DNA of 64,000 nucleotides from Dehalococcoidales bacterium (lineage in GTDB: Bacteria; Chloroflexota; Dehalococcoidia; Dehalococcoidales; RBG-16-60-22), in the NCBI GenBank assembly GCA_050014095.1, contig JBEKDZ010000001.1, forward strand, positions 142,560-206,559. Reading direction: 5' to 3'. This document shows positions 35,672 to 46,279 of this stretch, one piece after another (the stretch's first letter is position 1; every line of letters starts with the position of its first letter). A program made the position numbers and the translations under genes. The notes under the pieces are model-generated. The model was not told the DNA's origin. It did no database searches and worked only from the letters and a program-made list of their open reading frames with translations.

Positions 35672-37678
35672 ATGTCACAATTCAAAATCGTCTCCGATTT
35701 TCAAATGACCGGCGACCAACCCGAAGCGGTGGATAAGCTGGTGGCGGGACTGGAAAAAGGCTATAAGCAGCAGACCCTGCTGGGCGTCACCGGTAGCGGT
35801 AAGACCTTCACCATGGCGAACGTCATCGAGAAGGTGCAGCGTCCCACGCTGGTCATCTGCCATAACAAAACCCTCGCCGCCCAGCTTTCCAGCGAGTTCA
35901 AGGAGTTCTTCCCGGATAACGCCGTGGAATACTTCGTGAGCTATTACGACTATTATCAGCCGGAGGCATACATCCCGCAAAAAGACCTCTACATCGAGAA
36001 GGACGCCGATATCAATGAGGAAATTGATAAGCTACGTCATGCCGCCACTCACGCCCTCCTTTCACGGCGGGATGTGCTCATCGTGGCGTCCGTCTCCTGT
36101 ATCTATGGACTAGGTGAGCCGGGTGAATACCAGGGATTCGTCGCCACGCTCAAGAAGGGTCAGCATTACGGTCGGCAGCAGCTTTTGCGTCAACTCGTGG
36201 ACATGCAGTACGGTCGCAATGAAATGGATTTATCCCGCGGGAAGTTCCGCATCCGGGGCGATACATTAGAGATTCAGCCCGCTTACGAGGAGCTGGCGCT
36301 GCGCATCGAGTTCTTCGGGGACGATATCGAAAAAATCATGTCCCTCGACCCGCTGACCGGGGAAATCCTGAAAGAGTTAGACGAGGTGAGTATTTTCCCC
36401 GCCAAACACTTCGTGACCTCCCGCACGATGATGACCAAAGCCATCGAGGCGATACGCGTGGAGCTGGCAGAACGACTTAAAGAGCTGAACGCGCAGGGCA
36501 AGATAGTGGAGGCGGCGCGCCTCCAAGCCCGCACGGAGTACGACCTGGAAATGATGATTGAGGCAGGCTACTGCTCCGGCGTGGAGAACTACTCGCGGCA
36601 CCTGGCTGGCAGGCCTGCCGGCAGCTCGCCATCCACCCTGCTGGACTATTTCCCCAAGGATTTCCTGCTTTTCATCGACGAATCGCACATGACCCTGCCG
36701 CAGATACGGAGCATGTACCGCGGCGACCGCTCGCGTAAAGAGACGCTCGTGGAATATGGTTTCAGGCTTCCCTCCGCCCTCGATAACCGCCCGCTGAACT
36801 TCGAGGAGTTCCAAACGTGCATCAACCAGGTAATTTTTACCTCGGCGACACCCGCGGAGTTCGAGTACCAGCACAGCCAGCAAGTGGTGGAGCAGCTGGT
36901 CAGACCGACCGGGCTTTTGGAGCCGACTATCGAGGTCAAGCCGACCAAGGGGCAAATCGACGACCTGCTGGAGCAGATAAGGAGTCGGGTGGATAAGGGC
37001 AGTCGCTGCCTCGTCACCACGCTCACCAAGCGCATGGCGGAGGAGCTCGCCGACTACCTAGTCGAGATGGGCGTCAAGACGCATTATCTCCACTCGGAGG
37101 TGGATACGCTGGAGCGGGTGGAAATCTTGAGGGATTTGCGTCTCGGCGTGTATGACGTCGTCGTCGGAATCAACCTCTTGAGGGAGGGACTAGACCTGCC
37201 GGAGGTGAGCCTGGTCGCCATCCTCGATGCGGATAAAGAGGGCTTCTTGAGGTCGAGGTGGTCGTTAATCCAGACGATGGGCCGGGCGGCGCGCCATATC
37301 GACGGGCACGTGATAATGTACGCGGACACGATAACGAAATCCATACGCGAAGCCATCGACGAAACGATGCGGCGGCGCAAGATTCAGGAGGACTTTAACC
37401 GGGAGCACGGCATCACGCCGCAGGGCATCCGCAAAGCCGTAAGGGACATCACGGAGCGTGTCAAGGCGGCGGTCGTGGCAGAAAAGAAGGGTGAGTACAT
37501 AGCAGCCCCCACCACCCGCGAGGATATAGCCCGGCTGGTGCGCGACCTGGAGACGCAGATGAAACAAGCCGCCAAAGCGTTGGAGTTCGAGAAGGCGGCG
37601 CTGATAAGAGACAGGATTATCGAACTACGTAAGGAAATAGTGATTGAAGATGGACAGCAGTTTGCCCGCAAACGATAG
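35672..37678 (+). CDS. uvrB: excinuclease ABC subunit B
   Basis: [12 protein letters not shown], helicase motifs, and a C-terminal UVR domain ([15 protein letters not shown]). Confidence 0.98.
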   Translation: MSQFKIVSDFQMTGDQPEAVDKLVAGLEKGYKQQTLLGVTGSGKTFTMANVIEKVQRPTLVICHNKTLAAQLSSEFKEFFPDNAVEYFVSYYDYYQPEAYIPQKDLYIEKDADINEEIDKLRHAATHALLSRRDVLIVASVSCIYGLGEPGEYQGFVATLKKGQHYGRQQLLRQLVDMQYGRNEMDLSRGKFRIRGDTLEIQPAYEELALRIEFFGDDIEKIMSLDPLTGEILKELDEVSIFPAKHFVTSRTMMTKAIEAIRVELAERLKELNAQGKIVEAARLQARTEYDLEMMIEAGYCSGVENYSRHLAGRPAGSSPSTLLDYFPKDFLLFIDESHMTLPQIRSMYRGDRSRKETLVEYGFRLPSALDNRPLNFEEFQTCINQVIFTSATPAEFEYQHSQQVVEQLVRPTGLLEPTIEVKPTKGQIDDLLEQIRSRVDKGSRCLVTTLTKRMAEELADYLVEMGVKTHYLHSEVDTLERVEILRDLRLGVYDVVVGINLLREGLDLPEVSLVAILDADKEGFLRSRWSLIQTMGRAARHIDGHVIMYADTITKSIREAIDETMRRRKIQEDFNREHGITPQGIRKAVRDITERVKAAVVAEKKGEYIAAPTTREDIARLVRDLETQMKQAAKALEFEKAALIRDRIIELRKEIVIEDGQQFARKR

Positions 37679-37822
37679 CGACGCCATCCTGCCGCGGAAA
37701 GACCGTGAAGCCAAGCTGCGCAAGAAAAAACAGAAGATAAAGCAGCACGGCAAGGGCCTGGGGAAGATTTACAAGGATGCTATGGAGAAGAGGATAAAAT
37801 AAAACAAAAGTTCTGAAAATGC

Positions 37823-37851
37823 TTGAAAATTACATATTACAGATGTATACT
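37823..37851 (+). promoter_or_regulatory. candidate promoter of the TcmP/DUF5131 pair
   Basis: TTGAAA, a 17-nt spacer, then TATACT. ATG 37862 follows only 10 nt later with no SD, so the mRNA may be nearly leaderless. Confidence 0.45.
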
Positions 37852-37861
37852 CTCAATCAAG

Positions 37862-38699
37862 ATGGTGTTAAAAATTTGATGAAATAGGTTACTGGTCTGA
37901 AATAAAATTATCAATTATTGAAAAGTACTCTTCAGCTTATACAAAAGCGTTTTCAGGTGCCAATTATCATTATCTTCATCACGTCTATATAGATGGTTAC
38001 GCAGGTTCCGGTACACACATATCAAAAACGACTAAAAAAGAAATACGTGGAAGTCCGCAGATTGCACTAGACACTAAACCTCCTTTTAAAGAGTTTTATT
38101 TTATTGATATTAATGGGGACAAAGTAGCTGAATTAAATAAAATAACAGCAAACCGGCCTGAGGCCCATATCTTAGAAGGTGACTGCAACAAAAGACTACT
38201 AACAGATGTATTTCCGAAAGTTAAATGGGAAGACTACCGAAGAGGGCTCTGCTTACTTGATCCATATGGTTTACACTTGAATTGGGAAGTGATCAAAACT
38301 GCGGGGCAAATGAAGAGCATTGAGATATTCTTAAATTTTCCCTTGATGGACATGAACCGAAATGTTTTTTGGAGACATCCAGAAAAAGTTGACCCTGCAG
38401 ACATAAAACGTATGGATTCTTTTTGGGGAGATAAATCTTGGAGAGAGGTTGTATATTACCAAACTCCAAATCTTTTTGGAGAAGCTATAGACAAGAAAGA
38501 AGATAATAGAACGATAGCACTAGCCTTTCAGAAACGGCTTAAAGATGTAGCAAAATTCAAATTTGTCCCAGACCCAATACCTATGCGTAATTCTATCAGG
38601 AATATTGTGTATTATCTATTTTTTGCTTCTAATAATAAAACAGGAGAAAATATTGCAAAATACATCTTTACTAAATATCGTGATCGAGGGATGAGATAA
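37862..38699 (+). CDS. tcmP: three-Cys-motif partner protein TcmP-like (RsmD-like methyltransferase fold), start disrupted by a 1-nt frameshift in an A5 run
   Basis: The frame is open from 37872 (KFDEIGYWSEIKLSIIEKY...IDGYAGSGTH...LLDPYG) with no ATG/GTG/TTG before 38277. ATG 37862 reads MVLKI then stops. Removing one A at 37870-37874 fuses them to MVLKFDEIGYW. Confidence 0.7.
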
Positions 38700-39433
38700 T
38701 GTCATTATCCACCGCCATTGAATGGACAGACTCTACATGGAATCCTGTGACAGGCTGCACAAAAGTAAGTTCAGGGTGCATGAACTGCTATGCAGAACGT
38801 TTGGCATTACGTTTACAGGCTATGGGAAATCCAAGTTATAAAAATGGCTTCTCTGTAACTTTACATGAAGACGCACTAACTCTCCCATTAAAATGGAAAA
38901 AACCACAGACGATATTTGTTAATTCAATGAGTGATTTATTCCATGAGAATATCCCCCTAGAATTTATCTTACGCGTGTTCGATATTATGCGCCGCGCGGA
39001 TTGGCATTGTTTTCAGATACTGACTAAAAGGTCAGAAAGAATGTTAGAATTGAGTCCGCGACTGCCTTGGGTATCAAATATCTGGATGGGTATAACAGTA
39101 GAAGCAGAAAATTACATGTATCGTATTGAACACCTTAAAGGAACTGGCGCGGCGGTTAAATTCTTATCCCTTGAACCGCTTCTTAGCCCCATCAATAATC
39201 TCTCTCTAGCCGGAATAGATTGGGTTATTGTTGGTGGAGAATCCGGTCCAAATGCCAGACCAATGAAAAAAGACTGGGTTGTTGATATTAGAAATCAATG
39301 CCAAAATAAAAACGTACCATTTTTCTTTAAACAGTGGGGTGGGATTAACAAGAAAAAGGCAGGCAGAGAACTCGACGGGCGTATATGGAGTGAAATACCA
39401 TCTCTTTTACCCAACGCTCAATTATCTTTTTAA
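38699..39433 (+). CDS. DUF5131 (phage Gp37/Gp68) family three-Cys-motif protein
   Basis: IEWTDSTWNPVTGCTKVSSGCMNCYAE (Cx6Cx2C), VGGESGPNARPM and FFFKQWGG. The start overlaps the tcmP stop (TAATG). Confidence 0.9.
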   Translation: MSLSTAIEWTDSTWNPVTGCTKVSSGCMNCYAERLALRLQAMGNPSYKNGFSVTLHEDALTLPLKWKKPQTIFVNSMSDLFHENIPLEFILRVFDIMRRADWHCFQILTKRSERMLELSPRLPWVSNIWMGITVEAENYMYRIEHLKGTGAAVKFLSLEPLLSPINNLSLAGIDWVIVGGESGPNARPMKKDWVVDIRNQCQNKNVPFFFKQWGGINKKKAGRELDGRIWSEIPSLLPNAQLSF

Positions 39434-39518
39434 TTTCTGCCCCCCTTTTCTTCCCAATCCTTCTCCTCTTCGCGTCTCTTTCCACTTCTTTGCCCTGTGG
39501 TATACACCACACTTATGG

Positions 39519-39655
39519 TTATGTCAATCGGTGAAGCATGATTCTCAATAAAGTCCCATATTTATGTAATCTTAATATTTGCCATATGGCGAATTTATAT
39601 TATTTATGTCAATCTTTATATTCAGTTGGTAAGCTTAACATAGATTATTGACATA
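39519..39655. promoter_or_regulatory. four TTATGT(C)AATC boxes at about 43-nt spacing (three direct, one inverted)
   Basis: Boxes at 39519-39529, 39562-39571 and 39604-39614, plus inverted attgacata at 39647-39655. The last overlaps a TTGACA -35-like hexamer. A palindrome gccatatggc lies at 39581-39590. Confidence 0.35.
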
Positions 39656-39707
39656 GCATCGCCGGTAATTTAATAGTTTTTACATGATGCTTTCAGGAGT
39701 GAGTGAA

Positions 39708-39845
39708 ATGGAAAATAAAGAAAAAAGCAGAGAAAAGGTATTAGTTCCGGTTCGTCACCATAAGCCTACCCAGGAAAAGGAACACGTGGAGGAACAAAAT
39801 AAGGCGAGAGCCTGGAAGATGCCGAGGCGTTGGCACACCTATTAA
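39708..39845 (+). CDS. small basic ORF (45 aa), hypothetical
   Basis: aggagtgagtgaaATG gives a good SD. The product is MENKEKSREKVLVPVRHHKPTQEKEHVEEQNKARAWKMPRRWHTY. It ends 21 nt before the regulator gene. Confidence 0.3.
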   Translation: MENKEKSREKVLVPVRHHKPTQEKEHVEEQNKARAWKMPRRWHTY

Positions 39846-39866
39846 AGTGAAGGTGGAGATATAAGG

Positions 39867-40607
39867 GTGGAGAAGACAAAACTTAATATAATAAAGCTCT
39901 ACACGGTGGAAGAGGATAAGATATATCCTGACTTATGCAGGGCTGTCCTCCAATTAAAAGAGCCAATAGAATTATTGGGGGTCTTAAATAGTCGCGATAT
40001 TGGTACCTTAAGGAAAACTGTGTTGACTCTTGCTCCCGATGTGGTATTAGTGAGTATTAAGAACCTTAAAGCAGATATCGTCAAAGAATTAGAACAAATT
40101 CATACGGACTATCCTAAAATGGGGATAGTCCTTGTGTTTGGGTTCTGTAATGCTCAAGATATCGAGCAATTACGCCGGCTGGCCCTAATAAAAAGTGGGG
40201 GAGGCATAGCACTTTTTCTAAAACGACCACCAGATAGAATGGAGTGGTTATGTATGGCTATATCAGCCGTCAGTCAAGGTCAGTTTATCCTTGACGCACC
40301 ACTTGCCGCCTTTATGTTCGCCGAGAAACCAGGACCTGCATTCCTGAAACAATTCACTCCCAGGGAGTTAGAAATTCTGAACTTGCTGGCGAACGGGTAC
40401 ACGAACTTGGCAATAGCGGGAGCCCTTTACATCGATAATAAGACAGTAGAGCATCACTTAAATAACATGTATAGTAAGCTTAAAGAAAATTATGAATTTG
40501 GTCAAAAGCATCTAAGAGTCAGCGTGGCGAAGCTATACTTGGACGCGATAGGTGATTCAGGTGGCGGAAAGAACTTGATTATTCGCAGTTCAGTTAATCA
40601 GATGTAA
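39867..40607 (+). CDS. LuxR/NarL-family regulator with degenerate (pseudo-)receiver domain
   Basis: C-terminal HTH TPRELEILNLLANGYTNLAIAGALYIDNKTVEHHLNNMYSKL. The receiver-like N-domain has Ser63 (PDVVLVSIK) where the phospho-Asp is expected. GTG start with RBS. Confidence 0.8.
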   Translation: MEKTKLNIIKLYTVEEDKIYPDLCRAVLQLKEPIELLGVLNSRDIGTLRKTVLTLAPDVVLVSIKNLKADIVKELEQIHTDYPKMGIVLVFGFCNAQDIEQLRRLALIKSGGGIALFLKRPPDRMEWLCMAISAVSQGQFILDAPLAAFMFAEKPGPAFLKQFTPRELEILNLLANGYTNLAIAGALYIDNKTVEHHLNNMYSKLKENYEFGQKHLRVSVAKLYLDAIGDSGGGKNLIIRSSVNQM

Positions 40608-40755
40608 TGCTAGGATACATTTTGCGTGTTTGTTGGACAGGTTGAAATAAACAAAGTGTTATCTTGTAAAAGCTAGTTTACACCCCCCAGATTGTTTTGT
40701 TATACTAAAAGTCTAAAGGTTGCATCAACGCTAATTTTCAATGGGGGTTTACGAG

Positions 40756-41592
40756 ATGACCATAAAAATCGTTACCGATACCACCGCCGACCTGCCGCCT
40801 CAATTAGCCAAGGAACTCGGTATTACCATGGTGCCGGTCTATCTGCGTTTTGGCGATGAGGTCTTCCGCGACGTGGTGGACATTAGCCAGGACGAGTTTT
40901 ACCGTAGGTTACTGCATGACCCCATACATCCCAGCACCACCCAGCCCGCTCCGCAGGATTTTATCGATGTCTACAGGGAGCTAAGTAAAAAGGCCGAAGG
41001 GATTCTTTCCATTCATGTATCCAGCAAGCTAAGCGGCACCTATAATGCGGCGTTACGCGGCAAGGAAGCCGTAGGAAAAGTATGCCCTATCGAGGTGATT
41101 GACTCACAAGTAGTCACGATGGGTCTGGGGCAGCTTGCGATAGCGGCTAATGCGATGGCGCAGTCCGGCAAGAGCTTGCAGCAGATCGCCAAAGAAGTAA
41201 AGCAAATGATTCCCAGCATCCATATACTGGGACTCCTCGATACACTCAAATACCTGGCTCTTGGCGGGCGTATCGGCAAGATGCAGGCGCTATTAGGCTC
41301 GGTACTAAATATAAAGCCGATGTTGACCATAAAAGACGGGGTACTGGCGCCGACCGGCCGGGCCCGCAGTCGCGCCAAGGGCATCGACATCCTGGTTGAC
41401 TATGTGAAAAATGCGTCAGATATTCAGGATTTAGCGGTGGTGTATAACACTACGCTTGAAGAAGCAAAAGCCCTCATCGGGCGACTGGGTTCGATATTCA
41501 ATGAAGCCCAGATAAAGTTAGCCAGGCTGGGACCGGCGCTGGGAGTCCACACTGGGCCAGGCATATTACTGGTAGCTCTCCGGGGAAAATAA
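40756..41592 (+). CDS. DegV family fatty-acid-binding protein
   Basis: MTIKIVTDTTADLP, STTQPAP, HVSSKLSGTY and GPALGVHTGPG. Confidence 0.9.
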   Translation: MTIKIVTDTTADLPPQLAKELGITMVPVYLRFGDEVFRDVVDISQDEFYRRLLHDPIHPSTTQPAPQDFIDVYRELSKKAEGILSIHVSSKLSGTYNAALRGKEAVGKVCPIEVIDSQVVTMGLGQLAIAANAMAQSGKSLQQIAKEVKQMIPSIHILGLLDTLKYLALGGRIGKMQALLGSVLNIKPMLTIKDGVLAPTGRARSRAKGIDILVDYVKNASDIQDLAVVYNTTLEEAKALIGRLGSIFNEAQIKLARLGPALGVHTGPGILLVALRGK

Positions 41593-41661
41593 CAGACCGT
41601 TTGACAAACCCCCTAAAAAAGCCTATCATAATCCAAACTCTCAAGTCGCAAGGAGGTGCTT

Positions 41662-42219
41662 ATGCCAGAACAAATTCGTAAGCAAAGCAACAAAGAGGCA
41701 GATGCGCAAGCCCAAATGCGTGAGCAAATGAACCAAAGCCTTAAGCAGACAACCCGGATGGTCATTCATCAGCAAATCAGCCATGAGTTTCAGCAGGCAT
41801 CCCGACTGGATACTAAAATCTCGGTCATCTCCATCGTCGTTACGCTGATACTGTTCACCATCGCCATGATATTTGCCGAGAGCACCACTGGCTCAATTAC
41901 CGGCATACTGGGCGGCATAAAATCCCGGGTATTCAATGTCGCGCCGACCATTATCTTGTTCGTCTGCATCGCGGCTATCGTAGCGATTAACTGGTACTCC
42001 GTGTGCACGCTGCTGAACAACAAAAAGCAAAGGGCGAAGCTAAATAAAGGCTTGACTAAACTCTATAAAGACGAAGGCGTGGATAAGTATTACGACGGCT
42101 CGATTTTTAAAGGCTACGAGACGAGGTACAATCTCTTCGCGATTATCTTGGCAACGGTGGGGGCGGTCAGCGTTATCGCGCCGCTGGTGATTTTTATCGA
42201 TAAGCTTATCGAGATGTAA
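41662..42219 (+). CDS. hypothetical membrane protein
   Basis: aaggagg RBS before ATG 41662 and three hydrophobic segments after a Gln-rich N-terminus. Confidence 0.5.
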   Translation: MPEQIRKQSNKEADAQAQMREQMNQSLKQTTRMVIHQQISHEFQQASRLDTKISVISIVVTLILFTIAMIFAESTTGSITGILGGIKSRVFNVAPTIILFVCIAAIVAINWYSVCTLLNNKKQRAKLNKGLTKLYKDEGVDKYYDGSIFKGYETRYNLFAIILATVGAVSVIAPLVIFIDKLIEM

Positions 42220-42280
42220 CTAAATAAAATAAGGGGCAAAGTCCCTCGGTTTTACTCGGGATAAAGCGGGGAGGGAGGGT

Positions 42281-42604
42281 TTACCCCCCCTCCTTTTTCC
42301 TCTCCGTCTCTTTCTGTCGTTTTCTCTCCAGTCTTTCCAGATCTCTCTTTACCTTGTCCTCGCCGATGGGGTGGAACTTGCGCGCCGCCCATCTGCCGAC
42401 AAAGAAGTTCCAGCGGTAGTTCTTCAGGTCCTCCCAAACATCATATTCCTCGGCGAAGCGCTCGGCTTCCGTTGTCGATTTATTAGCCTCCGCTTTCTCC
42501 CCTTGCGTCAGCACGATGCCGTGGCGCTTGCGGGCGGCATCCAGCTCCTCCTCATCAGCGCTCTCCCCGGCGAATATCTTTTTAATAAGTGAGAAAAATC
42601 CCAT
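42281..42604 (-). CDS. hypothetical charged protein with amphipathic N-terminus
   Basis: MGFFSLIKKIFAGE start with RBS aagg upstream. No family recognised. Confidence 0.45.
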   Translation of the reverse strand: MGFFSLIKKIFAGESADEEELDAARKRHGIVLTQGEKAEANKSTTEAERFAEEYDVWEDLKNYRWNFFVGRWAARKFHPIGEDKVKRDLERLERKRQKETERKKEGG

Positions 42605-42801
42605 GGCAGCCTTCTTTCTTACAGTGTTTACGCCCTATGTATACAACATGGGAGCAGGGTTGTCAATGGCGCGTAATTTATCAGTTATCAGCCCACAGTT
42701 GACAGCGGGGTGAAAAGGGGGATGTATTTTGACAAAAGTGTATAAAATGACTCTAAATTACGCTAAAAGACACATCGTCTTAATATTCTTTTGTCCTACC
42801 A

Positions 42802-42830
42802 TTGACAGATATAACGTTATAGTGCATAAT
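42802..42830 (+). promoter_or_regulatory. candidate rpsP promoter
   Basis: TTGACA, a 17-nt spacer, then CATAAT. Confidence 0.55.
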
Positions 42831-42872
42831 AGTGACCGTAAAAGCGCTAAAAACTAGAAAGTCAAGGAGTGC

Positions 42873-43142
42873 ATGTTAAAAATCAGACTACGCCGCATGG
42901 GAGCCAGGGGACAACCCAGCTATAGAATGGTCATCGTTGATAGCCGGGCACCCCGGGACGGGGCATTCGTGGAAATTATCGGACATTATAACCCGAGGAC
43001 CGAACCGGCAACCATCGCCATTAAAGAGGAACGAGCCCTGCACTGGCTTAAGCAGGGCGCCCAGCCGACAGACACCACTGCCAGACTACTAGGTAAGGCA
43101 GGTATCATGGACAAATTCAAACCAGTCAAGGAGAAGTCATGA
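42873..43142 (+). CDS. rpsP: 30S ribosomal protein S16
   Basis: [30 protein letters not shown]. Confidence 0.97.
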   Translation: MLKIRLRRMGARGQPSYRMVIVDSRAPRDGAFVEIIGHYNPRTEPATIAIKEERALHWLKQGAQPTDTTARLLGKAGIMDKFKPVKEKS

Positions 43143-43366
43143 AAGACCTAGTTGTGTACATCGCCAAGAGCATCGTCAACAACCCGGACGCAGTGAATGT
43201 CGTCGAGGAGACTAACGAAGAGGGTATCACGCTTAAACTAAGCGTGGCCGATGAAGACAAGGGCAGAATCATCGGCAAGCAAGGCCAGATAGCCCAGGCA
43301 ATGCGTACTTTGCTGAGGGTAAAAGCCGCTAAAGCCCAGACCAGAGTAAGATTAGAAATAATGTAG
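43139..43366 (+). CDS. KH-domain RNA-binding protein (YlqC/UPF0109-like)
   Basis: GxxG motif [10 protein letters not shown], 75 aa, overlaps the rpsP stop (ATGA). Confidence 0.85.
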   Translation: MKDLVVYIAKSIVNNPDAVNVVEETNEEGITLKLSVADEDKGRIIGKQGQIAQAMRTLLRVKAAKAQTRVRLEIM

Positions 43367-43475
43367 CCTAATCCCCCAAATAACCTAAAAAGGGGAGGCG
43401 GGGAGGTAAAACTCCCTGACCAACATACCGCCTGCACTTCTGCTAAAGAACAGGCACAGAGAATAGCGACAATCT

Positions 43476-43512
43476 AAAAAGCCCCGGTTATATCATCGGG
43501 GCTTTAGGTTTT
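43476..43512. terminator. bidirectional terminator between the KH gene and atpC
   Basis: An A5 run, agccccg-gttatatcat-cggggct, then ttaggttttt. Confidence 0.6.
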
Positions 43513-43525
43513 TACATCAAGAACT

Positions 43526-45359
<1,834 letters not shown>

Positions 45360-45385
45360 CTATACTTTGTTACGCCATGCCACCC

Positions 45386-45414
45386 CTGGATTCCAGCCTT
45401 CGCTGGAATGACGG
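45386..45414. repeat. hairpin repeat inside the atp operon (atpG-atpD gap)
   Basis: ctggattccagccttcgctggaatgacgg. Confidence 0.8.
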
Positions 45415-45421
45415 TTAAATA

Positions 45422-46276
45422 TTATTCTAACGCCACCACCCCACCGGTTATGTCCAAAAGCTCACGGGTAATGGACTCCTGTCTTGCCTTGTTATAAAGC
45501 AGAGTTAAATCGCCAATAAGCTCGTTAGCGCTATCGGTAGCATTGCGCATCGCCACCATGCGGGCCGACTGCTCGCTGGCGATGGACTCCAATATGGCGT
45601 GGTATATTTCCATCTCTACAAAGCGGGGCAGCAGGCTGCCTAAAACCGCCTCGGCGCCCGGCTCGTAAATATAATCAACGTTCTGCCCGCCGGGAATCGG
45701 TGCCGGTTGGACGGGCAAGAGCTGCTTCATCACAGGCTTCTGCACCATGGTGGAAATAAAATGGGCATAAGAAATATACACCATATCGATAATACCCCTG
45801 GTGAACTCTTCGATGACGATATTGGAAACAGGGAGGGTATCGAGATAACCTGGCTGGTCGCTCAACTGGGTAAACTCGGCGCACAAGGTGCAGGCGTTAC
45901 GCACCGAGAAATCGCGTCCTTTACGCCCGACGGCCACCACTTCAACCGGTACTTTCTGCTGGAGGATAAAGCTAGCCAACTGCCGGTTCAGGTTAGCATT
46001 AAGCCCCCCACACAACCCTCTATCCGGGGTGATATGCACCACGGCTATTTTCTTAATGTCCCGGCTCTGTAAGAGCGGGTGCTGCAGACCGATATCCGGC
46101 AGCGCCGCCAGGTCGGCAATAACCTGCTCTATCTTCTCGGCGTAAGGCCGCCCCGCCAGTCCCCGCTCCTGCGCCTTGCGCATCCTGGAGGCGGCTATCA
46201 TCTCCATGGCGCGGGTGATTTTAGCGATGTTCCGGACGCCTCTAATACGGCGGCGAACTTTACGAATATCGGGCAT
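45422..46276 (-). CDS. atpG: F0F1 ATP synthase subunit gamma
   Basis: IRKVRRRIRGVRNIAKITRAMEMIAASRMRKAQ start and a C-terminal ITRELLDITGG. Confidence 0.95.
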   Translation of the reverse strand: MPDIRKVRRRIRGVRNIAKITRAMEMIAASRMRKAQERGLAGRPYAEKIEQVIADLAALPDIGLQHPLLQSRDIKKIAVVHITPDRGLCGGLNANLNRQLASFILQQKVPVEVVAVGRKGRDFSVRNACTLCAEFTQLSDQPGYLDTLPVSNIVIEEFTRGIIDMVYISYAHFISTMVQKPVMKQLLPVQPAPIPGGQNVDYIYEPGAEAVLGSLLPRFVEMEIYHAILESIASEQSARMVAMRNATDSANELIGDLTLLYNKARQESITRELLDITGGVVALE

Positions 46277-46279
46277 GGG

